Shown: piece after piece, positions 1-10,505 of the stretch
Layout of the letters: each line of letters begins with the position of its first letter
How positions within the stretch are numbered: position 1 is the stretch's first letter
NCBI GenBank assembly: GCA_964607485.1
Contig: CAZSKP010000005.1
Location: 101,052 to 165,051, forward strand
Source of the DNA: an uncultured bacterium
GTDB taxonomy: Bacteria > Abyssobacteria > SURF-5
Length of the DNA: 64,000 nt
Direction: 5' to 3'
Position numbers and translations under genes: made by a program
The notes under the pieces: generated by a model
Seen by the model: only the letters and a program-made list of their open reading frames with translations
Told to the model about the DNA's origin: nothing
The model's database searches: none

Positions 1-542
1 GGCTGACGTCGCGATGGGTTTCTCTCGTGAATGTGGAAGAGGTTCCGATAGAATACAAGGGACGGAAGAAGGAAGACGAAAAGCTTCTCTGCTACACGTC
101 TCCTCCTCTGGAGCAAGACACGGAGGTGACAGGACACCCCATTGTCCGCCTGTATGTCTCGTCCACGGCCGACGACGGCAACTTCTTTGCGTACCTCGAA
201 GATGTTGACCCCACGGGAGACGTCACCTACGTCACCGAAGGCGAGTTGCGCGCGCTCCACCGCAAACTGAGCGATGAGAAGCCGCCGTATGTCGACGTGG
301 TGCCCTATCGCACGTTCAACCGCAGGGACGCAATGCCCCTCGTGCCGGGCGAGGTGGCGGAGCTTGTGTTCGACCTGCTGCCAACCTCGTATCTCTATAA
401 GAAAGGGCACTCGATTCGGGTGGCGATTGCCGGCGCCGACAAGGACCATTTCGCGCTGATGAAAACCGATCCGCCGCCCACGCTGACAGTGTTCCGGAAC
501 AAGCACCATGCGTCGGCCATTGACTTACCCGTGGTCCGCTGA
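1..542 (+). CDS. CocE/NonD (X-Pro dipeptidyl-peptidase-like) hydrolase, C-terminal part; 5' end lies outside the window
   Basis: Frame is open from position 3. Motifs [25 protein letters not shown] and [10 protein letters not shown] are typical of the PepX_C/CocE C-terminal domain. Confidence 0.85.
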   Translation, partial: LTSRWVSLVNVEEVPIEYKGRKKEDEKLLCYTSPPLEQDTEVTGHPIVRLYVSSTADDGNFFAYLEDVDPTGDVTYVTEGELRALHRKLSDEKPPYVDVVPYRTFNRRDAMPLVPGEVAELVFDLLPTSYLYKKGHSIRVAIAGADKDHFALMKTDPPPTLTVFRNKHHASAIDLPVVR

Positions 543-593
543 TAGGACGCCGTTCGAACGGGGATGCACGGCGGCTTGATCTTGGGCGCCTAC

Positions 594-622
594 TTGACTA
601 AGAGGAGGATCTTTCGTATGAT
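594..622 (+). promoter_or_regulatory. sigma70-type promoter candidate
   Basis: TTGACT-17bp-TATGAT, ending 7 nt before the ATG at 630. Confidence 0.55.
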
Positions 623-629
623 GGGTTTC

Positions 630-1139
630 ATGAACGAACCTTCCGCCGGGCGGCTCTCATTCCGAATTTCTGCGAGCAACAGGTGCGCCCGGCTGTTGCG
701 TTCAGGCGGCGCGGCAGCGGTGTTAGCAGTCGTTATCGCCCTGGCATCCTGCGCCTCGTCGGCTGAGTACCCCGCCATGCCCCCTCCGATGACGAAGGTT
801 CTGCCCGCGAGTTTTCAGAAGACGTTTGACGCCACGCGGTCGGTATTGGATGAAGACCGGAGGCTGGTTCTGCACACCATTGACAACGCCGGCAGGTTTG
901 TCGCATGGGAGAAAACGGGCGGATTCATCTTCTTCCAGCATAGGACGGTCCTCGACATCAGGCTGGAGCCGGTCGGCCCCGAGCAGACAAAGGTCGTCAT
1001 GCACATGAGCGCCGAATCATACGAGATGGGCGGCCTCACGCGTCCTGCCGGCTGGTATCCTTCCTCGGATGTGGACACTTTCCTCGGCGAAGACATCATG
1101 GGCCTCATCGAGAAGAAGGCCGAAAAGTTGTCGGGATAG
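630..1139 (+). CDS. hypothetical lipoprotein (start uncertain)
   Basis: Hydrophobic stretch followed by the lipobox LASC. ATG 630 chosen from the promoter position. Confidence 0.65.
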   Translation: MNEPSAGRLSFRISASNRCARLLRSGGAAAVLAVVIALASCASSAEYPAMPPPMTKVLPASFQKTFDATRSVLDEDRRLVLHTIDNAGRFVAWEKTGGFIFFQHRTVLDIRLEPVGPEQTKVVMHMSAESYEMGGLTRPAGWYPSSDVDTFLGEDIMGLIEKKAEKLSG

Positions 1140-1204
1140 GCTGGGCGCCGGCGGCGTCCCTTCCGGCGTCGCGCATTCCGTGGCGTGTTCGATTCCTTAA
1201 TAAC

Positions 1205-1323
1205 GTAGGGGCGCACGGCCGTGCGCCCCGACGGGGGTGTGGATTTGGGGGAATGTGGCGGGGGGTGGGGGGGGGGGTTGATTTTCTTAAATCCGGTGGG
1301 GCCCCGCGGCGGGCCGCCCCTAC
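1205..1323. repeat. REP-like GTAG palindrome pair; second copy and spacer degraded
   Basis: GTAGGGGCGCACGGCCGTGCGCCCCGAC at 1205-1232. A degenerate copy ends ...GCCCCTAC at 1323. The pair lies between convergent genes. Confidence 0.6.
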
Positions 1324-1370
1324 TCGTTTCTGCATTTGCGGAAATGTGACGGTGCTTCTGGAGCGTCTTT

Positions 1371-2573
1371 CTATTTTTCCCTTTCGATAATCGTTGCGAC
1401 GCCCTGCCCGCCGCCGACGCAGGCATTGGCAAGTCCGTAGCGGGCGTTCTTCTTTTCGAGAATCCGCGCCAGCGTGCCTATCAAGCGGATGCCCGTGGCG
1501 CCCAGCGGATGGCCGATGGCCGTGCCGCCGCCCATCACGTTGACCTTGTTCGGGTCGATGCCCAGTTCCTTGATGCAGTTGAGCGCAACGACGCAGAAGG
1601 CTTCGTTGATTTCCCAGTAGTCGATGTCTTTCGCCTTGAGTCCGGCCTTTTCGAGGGCCTTCTTGCTCGACGGCACCGGGCCCGCTCCCATGATTGTCGG
1701 ATCGACGCCCGACCAACCCATGGAGCGGATGGTCGCCAGGGGCTTAATGCCTTTCTTCTTGGCGGTCTCCTTCGACATGAGGATCATTGCCGTTGCCGCC
1801 GCGTTCAGCGGCGAGGAGTTACCCGCCGTGATGATGCCGTCGGGTCTGAATGCGGGCTTCAAGCCTGCGAGACCCTCCATCGTAGTGCCTTCGCGCACTG
1901 CCTGGTCGGTGTCGACGACCTTCTTGCTTCCATCGCCTTGTTCGGCCTCGATGGGCAGGATCTCGCCCTCGAAGAAACCATCCTTTCGGGCCTGAACCGC
2001 GAGGTCGTGGCTGCGCTTCGCCCACTCGTCCATCGCTTCCTTGGTGATGCCCGACTGTGCGGCCAGCTTCTCGGCCGTGAGACCCATGTTCATGGTTGTC
2101 ATCATGTCCCAATGATGATACTGCTCATCGCCGATAAGGGCGGGATTGGGGGCGATGGCGTCGCTGCCCCTCGCCACCAGGTCCATGGGCACGCGGGTCA
2201 TGTGTTCCATGCCGGTGCACAGCACGATGTCCGAATAGCCGGTCATGATTTCCATTGAGCCGATCTGTACGGCGGCCATGGCGGACCCGCACTGCTGGTC
2301 GACAAACCTGGCCGCGACGGTCTCGGCCAGATTGGCGAGAAACACGGGAATCCTGCCGCCGTATGTCCATTGCTCGTTGACTCCCATTGCGGAGCCGGTG
2401 ATACAATTGTCAATCTCTTTCGGGTCGACACCCGTGCGTTTGACCAGCTCCTTTATGACGGAGCCGAGCAAGACGTCGGCCCTCACCTGGCCGAACCAGT
2501 CCCGACCCGGGTCGTTCGGGCGCGACCTCGATTGAGCGGTTCTCAGGTATCCTACAATTACGGGTTCTTTCAT
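1371..2573 (-). CDS. acetyl-CoA C-acyltransferase (thiolase)
   Basis: Catalytic motifs [19 protein letters not shown] and CVGGGQG. Confidence 0.95.
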   Translation of the reverse strand: MKEPVIVGYLRTAQSRSRPNDPGRDWFGQVRADVLLGSVIKELVKRTGVDPKEIDNCITGSAMGVNEQWTYGGRIPVFLANLAETVAARFVDQQCGSAMAAVQIGSMEIMTGYSDIVLCTGMEHMTRVPMDLVARGSDAIAPNPALIGDEQYHHWDMMTTMNMGLTAEKLAAQSGITKEAMDEWAKRSHDLAVQARKDGFFEGEILPIEAEQGDGSKKVVDTDQAVREGTTMEGLAGLKPAFRPDGIITAGNSSPLNAAATAMILMSKETAKKKGIKPLATIRSMGWSGVDPTIMGAGPVPSSKKALEKAGLKAKDIDYWEINEAFCVVALNCIKELGIDPNKVNVMGGGTAIGHPLGATGIRLIGTLARILEKKNARYGLANACVGGGQGVATIIEREK

Positions 2574-2693
2574 CGTTCAACTCCTTTTTCTAGTTCTTTC
2601 CCGTACCCTCTCCTGCCAAAACACGATTGGCCCACAGTACGATAGCGCCGAACCTTCAGCAGAACTCAGCCTCTTCCGTTGTCCCGCCGCTTC

Positions 2694-3539
2694 TCAGGTC
2701 AGCGGGAAGAAGTCCGGCATGTCCTTGCTCACCCGCATCGTCCATCGTGGCGGCCTCTTCTCCATGAACGATACGATCCCCTCGTGGCAGTCGGGCTGAG
2801 TGCCCGTCCACCCGAAGTAGGCGTGATTTATCTGTTCGACCTTTTCGAGGTCGTTCTCGGCGAGGAATTGCCAGAGCATGCGTTTCGTGAGGGCGATGGA
2901 AACCGGCGCCGCATGGGTCGCGATCTCGGTCGCCAGCTCGCGGGCCGATTTCAGGAGTTCGGCGTCCGGCACGACTCGGCTCACGAGCCCGCACTCGAGC
3001 GCCTCCTTAGCGCCGATGATCCTGCCCGTGTACATCAGCTCCGCCGCCTTGCTCACCCCGACGATGCGGGGGAGAAACCACGGGCTGGCCAGCTCGGGAA
3101 TCACACCCCGCCGCACGAACACCATGCCGAAGCGGGCGCTCTCGGCGGCGATTCGGATGTCCATGGGGAGTATCATCGTGAGGCCGACGCCTACCGCCGG
3201 ACCGTTGACCGCGACGATGACCGGCTTCTTGAGATCGAGAAGGGAAAAAAGAATGTTGCCCACTTGAGTCACGTCTTGGGACTTTTCCTCCGAGCCCTCC
3301 TGCCGTTCGGAAGATTCGAAGGTCGTCGCACCCGTGGAGAGGTCCATCCCCGCGCAAAAGCCCCTTCCGGCGCCCGTGAGTATCGTGGCCCTGATGTCGT
3401 CGTCATTGTCGACCTTTTGAAGAGCGTCTATCATCTCGGCGGCCAGCACGAAAGTGAACGCGTTCAGGCGTTCCGGGCGGTTCAGCGTGATGGTCGCCAC
3501 CTGCTCCGATACATCAAAAAGAATCTGTTTATAGCTCAT
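2694..3539 (-). CDS. enoyl-CoA hydratase/isomerase (crotonase family)
   Basis: ITLNRPERLNA, FCAGMDL and AVNGPAVGVG motifs. Confidence 0.93.
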   Translation of the reverse strand: MSYKQILFDVSEQVATITLNRPERLNAFTFVLAAEMIDALQKVDNDDDIRATILTGAGRGFCAGMDLSTGATTFESSERQEGSEEKSQDVTQVGNILFSLLDLKKPVIVAVNGPAVGVGLTMILPMDIRIAAESARFGMVFVRRGVIPELASPWFLPRIVGVSKAAELMYTGRIIGAKEALECGLVSRVVPDAELLKSARELATEIATHAAPVSIALTKRMLWQFLAENDLEKVEQINHAYFGWTGTQPDCHEGIVSFMEKRPPRWTMRVSKDMPDFFPLT

Positions 3540-3660
3540 TCCGTGCCTCTCGTGTGACGGTTGGGTGAATGAAACGCCTCTCCTCCGGCAAAGCTAACCT
3601 GATCGCAGCGGCCGTGACGGAACTCACTCCTGGCTGCGCGCGAATTCCGCCGCACGACTC

Positions 3661-5124
3661 TCAGTCTTCGATGCCCGCGAGTCGTTTGACCATGTTCTTG
3701 CGCAACTCGATGTCGTACTGCGAGGTGATGGCGATCTGCTCCATTATGGGGGACCCGCCGCCGTGATAGCTTCCGAACGCATGCACGCCCGCGGTGGCGG
3801 AGCAGAGCAGGTCGCCGACGTAGCGCCACAATTGAGCCGCGTTTTCCGCCGATATGTCGGGATTGCGCATAATATATTTGTTGAGCAAATCCTTCGTTTC
3901 GGTATTGATGAAATCGCCTTCGTACGGGAACGTCGCGGGTATGCCTCCGGCCAGGTCGCACAGCATCTCACTCTCGTGGAAGACCGCCTCGCCCGTCAGG
4001 CAGCGTCCGACGTTGGCATAGATGGAGTCGGGGATATAATTGCCCGGCCCGTAGGTGACCTTGCCCAGCCCGGGGACGAACACCTCGGGTCCGCCGAGCT
4101 CCGACGCCGTGAAACCGGCCGCGTATCCCAGCTCTGTGACCATGATGAATTCGGACAGCTTCGTACGCACGTGTGACGCCTTCTGTATGCCGTTGTACTC
4201 GGCTATGAGCGCCGCGGTTCCGAGCAGGAGGTCCCCGATGGCCGGCTTGCAGCCGGAATAGCTGTGCCGGTGAAACAGTGCGAATAAGAGGGCGCACGCG
4301 CCGCCGTGGACGGTCTCTCCGCACAGAAACACGCGGTCCCACGGGATGAACACGTTGTCGAAGATGGTGTAGGAATCGGTTGCTCCGGGGGTGAAGCCCC
4401 TGGGGAAATGCTGCCTCTTGCGAAGGTTGTGGATGCTCACCACCTGCTTGATGCCTTCCCAGTCTGCGGGGATGGCGAATGCGACGGCCCAATCCTTTTC
4501 CTCCGGCTTGAGCGCGCGGGTGGGCACGACGAGGATCTCGTCGGCGACCGACGCCTCGGAATTGTGGACCTTGCAGCCGCGGACGACGACGCCGTCGCTC
4601 TTCCGCTCGACAACCCTCAGGTACAGGTCGGGGTCTTCCTGCTCGCTCGGCCGCCTCATGCGGTGACCCTTGACGTCGGTCTGGGCGCAGCAGCCCACGA
4701 GGTCCTCTTTTTGAAAGCGCTCGAGCCATTTCTTGAAGTTGCTGTGATACTCGGTCGCGCCATTGTTCTCCTTGTCGGCCTCGTAGGAAACGGCGTAGAT
4801 TGCGTTGGTGGCGTCGATGCCCATGCAGCGCTGAATGCACCCGCCGACCACACGGCAGAGCATGCGTGTCATGTCCTGCTTCTTGTGCAAATCCTCTTTG
4901 TTCTGGTGAACATGACAGAAACGGCTGATCTTTTCTCCGGTGAGGTGAGAGGTGGCGGTGCACAGGTCTTCATATTGCGGGTCGTTCGCGTAGTCGAAGG
5001 TCACGCCGATGGTGTTGAGACAATCCATCTGCAGCTCGTCGTCACGGTCGATCTTTTGACCGTTCACGTAAATGTTGCGACGCTTCTTCTTAAGACCTTC
5101 GATGTATTGTTCTTTCGTTCGCAT
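3661..5124 (-). CDS. 4-hydroxybutyryl-CoA dehydratase-like protein (AbfD/HpaB family)
   Basis: CIQRCMG and HRHSYSGCK (Cys/His cluster ligands), QTDVKG, and C-terminal HGGGSP. Confidence 0.85.
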   Translation of the reverse strand: MRTKEQYIEGLKKKRRNIYVNGQKIDRDDELQMDCLNTIGVTFDYANDPQYEDLCTATSHLTGEKISRFCHVHQNKEDLHKKQDMTRMLCRVVGGCIQRCMGIDATNAIYAVSYEADKENNGATEYHSNFKKWLERFQKEDLVGCCAQTDVKGHRMRRPSEQEDPDLYLRVVERKSDGVVVRGCKVHNSEASVADEILVVPTRALKPEEKDWAVAFAIPADWEGIKQVVSIHNLRKRQHFPRGFTPGATDSYTIFDNVFIPWDRVFLCGETVHGGACALLFALFHRHSYSGCKPAIGDLLLGTAALIAEYNGIQKASHVRTKLSEFIMVTELGYAAGFTASELGGPEVFVPGLGKVTYGPGNYIPDSIYANVGRCLTGEAVFHESEMLCDLAGGIPATFPYEGDFINTETKDLLNKYIMRNPDISAENAAQLWRYVGDLLCSATAGVHAFGSYHGGGSPIMEQIAITSQYDIELRKNMVKRLAGIED

Positions 5125-5324
5125 ACTCCCTACTCCTTGGTCTTAAGGCTGGTTGTGCCTTGTACCCAAAACCGGCAAAAGTCGGTTTGCCAAAGAATAT
5201 GTTTCGGCCATTGCGGGATGATATGTGCTCGGCCACACAGGGGTGTAAGCTATAATATCATATTGTTGACAAGAAAGGCAAACTTTTCCCCCTTCCATCT
5301 TCCGCAAGCGCAATTGAGGGAGAG

Positions 5325-6593
5325 TTAACCCGGCGCTCTCGGCGGAATGGCCAGGAAGCTCAGTCCGGTGGCGAGAGTGTAGGTCGCCACGAAGACGGCG
5401 AACGCGAATAGGTAGCTTTGGTTGATGTCGAAGATGAATCCGGCAAACGGAGGCCCGACCGAGGCCCCGATAGTGCTGAACACGTAGAACATTCCCAGTA
5501 TCACCCCAAATGACTTCATGCCGAAGCACTCGCCCACAATCAACGGTTCGAGAGCAATCACTCCTCCCATCGCGAAACCCCAGATAATCACGAACCAGAA
5601 GGGAGAGCCGAGCGCTTGCGTGCGCAGCAGCAAAACGGTGCCGACCGCCTGAAGCCCGAAACACAGAGCCATCGCGTAACGAACGGGGTAACGGTCGGCC
5701 ATCGCTCCGAAGAAGAGTTTTCCCGCGATGCCCAGAAGCGCGCAAAGCCCGAGGGCGTCGGCGGCCTTCTCGGGCGAGATACCGATGTCCTGAAAATACG
5801 CCACCTGATGCACCAGAATCCCGATCTGACCGAAAGTCGCAAGGATGAACGCGGCCGCTATCGCCCAGAAACTGGGTGTCCGGACCGCCTCGCGAAACGT
5901 CAAGCCAACAGCGGCGGCGAAGCCAGATGGCATCCGGTTGTGCTTCTCTCTCGCCGGATCGTCGGCAGGAGTTTTGCCGTCTGGCAGTACACCAAGCTCC
6001 GCCGGACGCCTCTTGAAAACTGCGCCGGCGACCGGAATCAGGACCAGGAAGGTGAGGACGCCGAAGATCAAGAATGTCCTCTGCCATTGAAACAGGTCGA
6101 TGAGCCTGCGCGTGAGCGGCACGACGATCAGACCGCCCACGCCGACCCCGACCATCATGACGCCCATCGCCCTTCCTCGCTTCCTTTCGAACCAGTCGGA
6201 GACGGCGTAGCTGGTTGACATGGGGCCGGTGCAGCTCACGCCGACCGCCAATAAGAGGCAGATGAGGCAGAACTGCCAGAGCGTTTGCATGCGACTGAAC
6301 AGCACGAAGGAGGCGCTCATGATGAGCGCGCCCGCGATGACTATCTTCTTGACGCCCCATGCGGGCACCAATCGGCCCACCACGGGGCTTGCGAGTCCGC
6401 CCCCGACAAACGTCATGGAGATGCCTATCGCGGTCTCGCCTTTTCCCCAGCCGAGGTTCTCGCTCAACGCCACAAGGAACACGGGAAACGAGTAGAACCC
6501 GACACCGGCATGGAACCACAGGCTCACGAAACCGGCGGCCACGATGTACCAGCCGTAGAATATCCCTCGGCGCTGGGGTGCGCGGGCGTTCAT
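5325..6593 (-). CDS. MFS transporter
   Basis: FYGWYIV start, about 12 hydrophobic segments, WFERKRGRAMG and GAMADRY motifs. Confidence 0.9.
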   Translation of the reverse strand: MNARAPQRRGIFYGWYIVAAGFVSLWFHAGVGFYSFPVFLVALSENLGWGKGETAIGISMTFVGGGLASPVVGRLVPAWGVKKIVIAGALIMSASFVLFSRMQTLWQFCLICLLLAVGVSCTGPMSTSYAVSDWFERKRGRAMGVMMVGVGVGGLIVVPLTRRLIDLFQWQRTFLIFGVLTFLVLIPVAGAVFKRRPAELGVLPDGKTPADDPAREKHNRMPSGFAAAVGLTFREAVRTPSFWAIAAAFILATFGQIGILVHQVAYFQDIGISPEKAADALGLCALLGIAGKLFFGAMADRYPVRYAMALCFGLQAVGTVLLLRTQALGSPFWFVIIWGFAMGGVIALEPLIVGECFGMKSFGVILGMFYVFSTIGASVGPPFAGFIFDINQSYLFAFAVFVATYTLATGLSFLAIPPRAPG

Positions 6594-6718
6594 GAACAGT
6601 CTAGCCCCCATGGGTGCAGATTTGTTGCCCGCATGGGTGCAACATGTCCCGCCCATGCACATATTTCAAATCGCATCGAACTCTTCACAGCATGTTGTCC
6701 AAGAGGCCATTGCCGATT

Positions 6719-6839
6719 TGTCATTCTGAGCCCTTCGGCTGCGCTCAGGATAAACTCCGCGAAGAATCTCCTGCGCTCCCGCGAAAATGAGAGATTCTTC
6801 GTCGCCCGGGTCTGCGACCCTTTGCTCCTCAGGATGACA
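6719..6839. repeat. MITE/REP-like palindromic element
   Basis: Terminal inverted repeats TGTCATTCTGAG ... CTCAGGATGACA, with an internal pair CGAAGAATCTC/GAGATTCTTCG. Confidence 0.7.
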
Positions 6840-6923
6840 CTTCCGATAAGGTTGTCAAGAGGAACCTTCTTTCGGCAACAGCCCTTCCAGATACAACCAT
6901 ATTCTCGCAGGAAAACGGATTTC

Positions 6924-8405
6924 TCACCTGACCGTCTTTGAAGAGGCGCGCGTAACGTACCATTTGTACAGCCGCGAGGACAGGATTCTCAGATTGCGCG
7001 GCCCGCCGTACGGAATCTTGTGATTCACAACAAAGAGGCGGGTATGCTCGCTCTCCTCGTTTGCCATCAGTTCCGAGATGATGCGCCCGGCGAGCTGGCC
7101 GAACGCGACGCCTTCGCCGTTGTAGGCGACTCCGTAGAATATGTTCTTGTGTTCTCCCATCACTCCCACCGACGAAACAAAATCGAGCGTGAACCCCATT
7201 GTGCCTCCCCAGGCGTGGTCGATTCGCAGTCCCTCTAACTGGGGAAATGTGGTGAACAGGCTTTTTGTCAGGAGTTCGATGACAGGCTTGTTGTTCCCCG
7301 AGCTCAACGCATCGTTGGCGTAATACGGATAGTCCGTTCCGCCGATGACGATTCGGCCGTCCGCTGTGGGCCGCTGATAGTCGAACAGCACGCGCATGTC
7401 GGCGATCCCCTGCCGGTTTTGCCAGCCGATGGATTCCCACTGCGCTTTGTTGAGCGGCTCGGTGGCTATCACGTAGCTGCAAAGGGGTATCACGCGGTTT
7501 TGGAAGAAGCCGAGTTTGGAGGAGTAGCCGTTCAGGCCGAGCACGAGCACGGGAGCGGTTATCTCGCCCATCTCCGTCTCCACACGGTGCACCTTGCCCG
7601 GAGTGACGCGCATCACCAAGGTTCGTTCCCTGACCTCGACTCCGGCATTCTCTATCACCGGCTTTATCCCCCGTGCCAGCTTTGCAGGGTTGACGATGGC
7701 TCCGTAGGGGAACTTCACCCCGGCGATGTAGCGGGGCGACTTGACCTCAGCCTCGAGCTCTTTTCCCTGCACGAACGTGGCGTCGAGTCCCATCGCTTTG
7801 TATCGTTCGAGCTCCTTTTCCATGTGTTCGGCCTGCTCTTCATCCATCGCGGCTTCCAGCATGCCGTTTTCCTCGAAGTCGCACTCGACGCCGTTTTCCG
7901 AGATCAACTCCTTGATTTGTCCGATGCCGTAAAGGGTGGCGTCGAAGGCTTTGCGACCCAGTTCCGGACCCGCCTTGTCAACGTAGTCCATCAGGCCGGG
8001 TATGCCGGCGTCGCAGAAGCCGCCATTGCGGCCGCTCGCGCCGTAGCCGCAGCAGGCTCCCTCGAGCAGCACGATTTTCTTGTCCGGGTATTTGCGGCTG
8101 AGATTGTAAGCCGAAGAGAGGCCGGTGAAGCCGCCGCCGATAATGACGATGTCGGCCTTGCGACTTCCTTTCAGCGGCGCGTTTATCTCTTGATGTTCGA
8201 GGTCGGCCGCCTTGAACCAGAAGTTGTCGAGGAAGTATTCATACAAGTCCGGCGGCCTCGCGGGGTCGTTTCCCACGCGTGAAAGCCCGTAGGAGAGCCC
8301 CCACGCGCCCGCCGCACCCGCAGCCACACCGCCCACAAAGGCGCGCCGGGTTATCTTCCTTCCGCTGCCAACATCGGTCTTCTCAATCTTTGTGTCCTCG
8401 CTCAC
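6924..8405 (-). CDS. Tat-exported FAD-dependent oxidoreductase (DAO/PuuB-like)
   Basis: TRRAFV twin-arginine motif, IIGGGFTGLS, GASGRNGG and YNGEGVA. Confidence 0.88.
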   Translation of the reverse strand: MSEDTKIEKTDVGSGRKITRRAFVGGVAAGAAGAWGLSYGLSRVGNDPARPPDLYEYFLDNFWFKAADLEHQEINAPLKGSRKADIVIIGGGFTGLSSAYNLSRKYPDKKIVLLEGACCGYGASGRNGGFCDAGIPGLMDYVDKAGPELGRKAFDATLYGIGQIKELISENGVECDFEENGMLEAAMDEEQAEHMEKELERYKAMGLDATFVQGKELEAEVKSPRYIAGVKFPYGAIVNPAKLARGIKPVIENAGVEVRERTLVMRVTPGKVHRVETEMGEITAPVLVLGLNGYSSKLGFFQNRVIPLCSYVIATEPLNKAQWESIGWQNRQGIADMRVLFDYQRPTADGRIVIGGTDYPYYANDALSSGNNKPVIELLTKSLFTTFPQLEGLRIDHAWGGTMGFTLDFVSSVGVMGEHKNIFYGVAYNGEGVAFGQLAGRIISELMANEESEHTRLFVVNHKIPYGGPRNLRILSSRLYKWYVTRASSKTVR

Positions 8406-8426
8406 TGTCGGCCTCCTTTGTCTTCG

Positions 8427-9155
8427 TTACAAATACCTCCGGTCCCGAGAGGTGCGTTTTCCTCTTGGCTTTCGGCTGGCTCGCTTCTTCGCTCTTATGA
8501 TGAACATCATCCCCTGCTCGCGAAATTCTATTCTGATGAATCCCGCTTTCCTGAGCATTTGCCGGTATTCGTCCATGTACAGGAAATGTCCCAGCGAGAA
8601 CTTCATGCCCAAACGCCAGAGCAGATTGGTTTCACACTTGTCCCGGTTCAGCGTCGAAAGAGCGAGCGTACCGCCCGGCCGCAGCATCTGCGCCATCTCG
8701 GCCAACGCGCGCTCCGGATGAACAAAGTTGGGCAGGCCGTTGCAGCTCAGCACCGCGTCGAAAGATTCTTGCTTGAAACGGTCGGAGAGTTTTTCCGCGT
8801 CGGCCTTGCGGTAACGGATGTTTCGCAGCTTCAGCCGTCTCGCCCGTGCGCGCGCCCTTTGAAGCATTTCGGTGGAGATGTCGACAGCCACGACGTTGCC
8901 CTCAGGCCCAATGGCACGGCACAACGCCTGATGTCCGGCGCCGGTGCCGCACGCGACGTCGAGCACCGTCGCACCCGGCTCCACGCGTGCCAGTTCAACA
9001 AACCTTTCCTCGAACTCGTCGTATGAAATGTCGCCGAACAGGCGAAACAGCTTTATGAAAAAGGGCTGCGCGACGTCATAGAAACGTGCATAGGAGTCCC
9101 AGGCAAGTTCGGTAACACCGAAATCTCGGATGCTTCTTCCAGTGAATATCTTCAT
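8427..9155 (-). CDS. class I SAM-dependent methyltransferase (UbiE-like)
   Basis: VLDVACGTG, VDIS and LRPGG motifs. Confidence 0.88.
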   Translation of the reverse strand: MKIFTGRSIRDFGVTELAWDSYARFYDVAQPFFIKLFRLFGDISYDEFEERFVELARVEPGATVLDVACGTGAGHQALCRAIGPEGNVVAVDISTEMLQRARARARRLKLRNIRYRKADAEKLSDRFKQESFDAVLSCNGLPNFVHPERALAEMAQMLRPGGTLALSTLNRDKCETNLLWRLGMKFSLGHFLYMDEYRQMLRKAGFIRIEFREQGMMFIIRAKKRASRKPRGKRTSRDRRYL

Positions 9156-9359
9156 GAGGGTGTACGGGCTGGGAGAACGTGTGCCTTCGCATGACAGCTT
9201 ACCACGACCAAATCCCGAAAATCAAAACGTTGGCTCCGAGGCTCAAGCGGGCGCCAGCTTCGTGTTTGACCCTGAAGTCGGCCACGTGATAGGATACGCT
9301 CCGCGCGTGAATTCCATATAGATGTAGTCAGTAAGCGGAGTCTTCGGAGGTGTAAATCG

Positions 9360-10430
9360 ATGGGGAAGAAGGTCGTCGTGCTTGGAGGAGATGGAATCGG
9401 CCCGGAGGTGACGGACGCCGCCGCCTACGTATTGAGGGAAGCCGGATTCGGGCTCGACATACACACGCCGCCATGCGGCGAAAAAGTCGTCGATGAATTT
9501 GGAACCGCGCTTCCCGACGAGACGAGGGAGATGTGCGGCGACGCCGACGCGATACTGTTCGGCGCAACGGGCGAGGCGAGCATAATAATCATCGCGTATC
9601 TCCGCTTCGTCCTGAGAGCATACGCCAATGTGCGTCCGCTGAAATACTACGCTGGCTCCAATTCGCCGCTGGCACATCCCGGCAAGATCGACTTCGTCGT
9701 GGTGAGAGAGAACCTGGAGGGGATGTATCCCGGTCGGGAGGGCGACCTGTCGGACATGGCCAGAGCCATGCCCGATTACCGCGACCTGTTGGGCAAGAGT
9801 TTCGGCGATTTGGGCGAGGGCAAGTTTGCGGTCCGCGTCATCACGAAGGAGGGCTCCGACAGGATCGCCCGGTTCGCGTGCGAGCTGGCGCGGAAACGCA
9901 AGCGGATGGGCCATGCCGGGAAAGTCACCTGCGTGACAAAACAGAACATGCTCAGAGAATCCTGCGGCCTGTTCAAGCAGAGGGTCGAAGAGGTGCTCAA
10001 AGAATATCCCGAGCTTGCGTACGAGCATTTCCACGTGGACGACGCGGCGCGCCGGCTGGTGAGATTTCCGCAGGAGATGGACGTGGTCGTGACCTCGAAC
10101 ATGTTCGGCGACATACTGTCCGACCTCGGAGCGGAGCTGGTCGGCGGCCTGGGAATCGCCCCGAGCGGCTGCTACAGCGATGAGAAGGCCTACTTCGAGT
10201 CGATCCACGGTTCCGCTCCCGACATCGCGGGCAAGGGAGTGGCCAATCCGACGGCGACCATCCTGTCGGCGAGCATGATGTTGGATTACCTGGGGATGGA
10301 AGGCGAGGCGGTTGCGCTCGAGCGGGCGGTCGAACGTGCTTATCGCAAGGGGAAAACCCTCCCGCACGACCAGGGCGGCCGCGCGACGACCATGGAATTC
10401 GCCGACGCGGTGCTTAAGGAAATCAAATAA
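9360..10430 (+). CDS. isocitrate/isopropylmalate dehydrogenase family protein
   Basis: GDGIGPEV, VRENLEG, NMFGDILSD and HGSAPDIAGKGVANP. Confidence 0.92.
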   Translation: MGKKVVVLGGDGIGPEVTDAAAYVLREAGFGLDIHTPPCGEKVVDEFGTALPDETREMCGDADAILFGATGEASIIIIAYLRFVLRAYANVRPLKYYAGSNSPLAHPGKIDFVVVRENLEGMYPGREGDLSDMARAMPDYRDLLGKSFGDLGEGKFAVRVITKEGSDRIARFACELARKRKRMGHAGKVTCVTKQNMLRESCGLFKQRVEEVLKEYPELAYEHFHVDDAARRLVRFPQEMDVVVTSNMFGDILSDLGAELVGGLGIAPSGCYSDEKAYFESIHGSAPDIAGKGVANPTATILSASMMLDYLGMEGEAVALERAVERAYRKGKTLPHDQGGRATTMEFADAVLKEIK

Positions 10431-10505
10431 CATTTCCGTATCGCCAACAAGATTTCAAATTGCGGTGACCACCCCGCCGTTTTTCAGCCGAGAGATGAGG
10501 AGATT

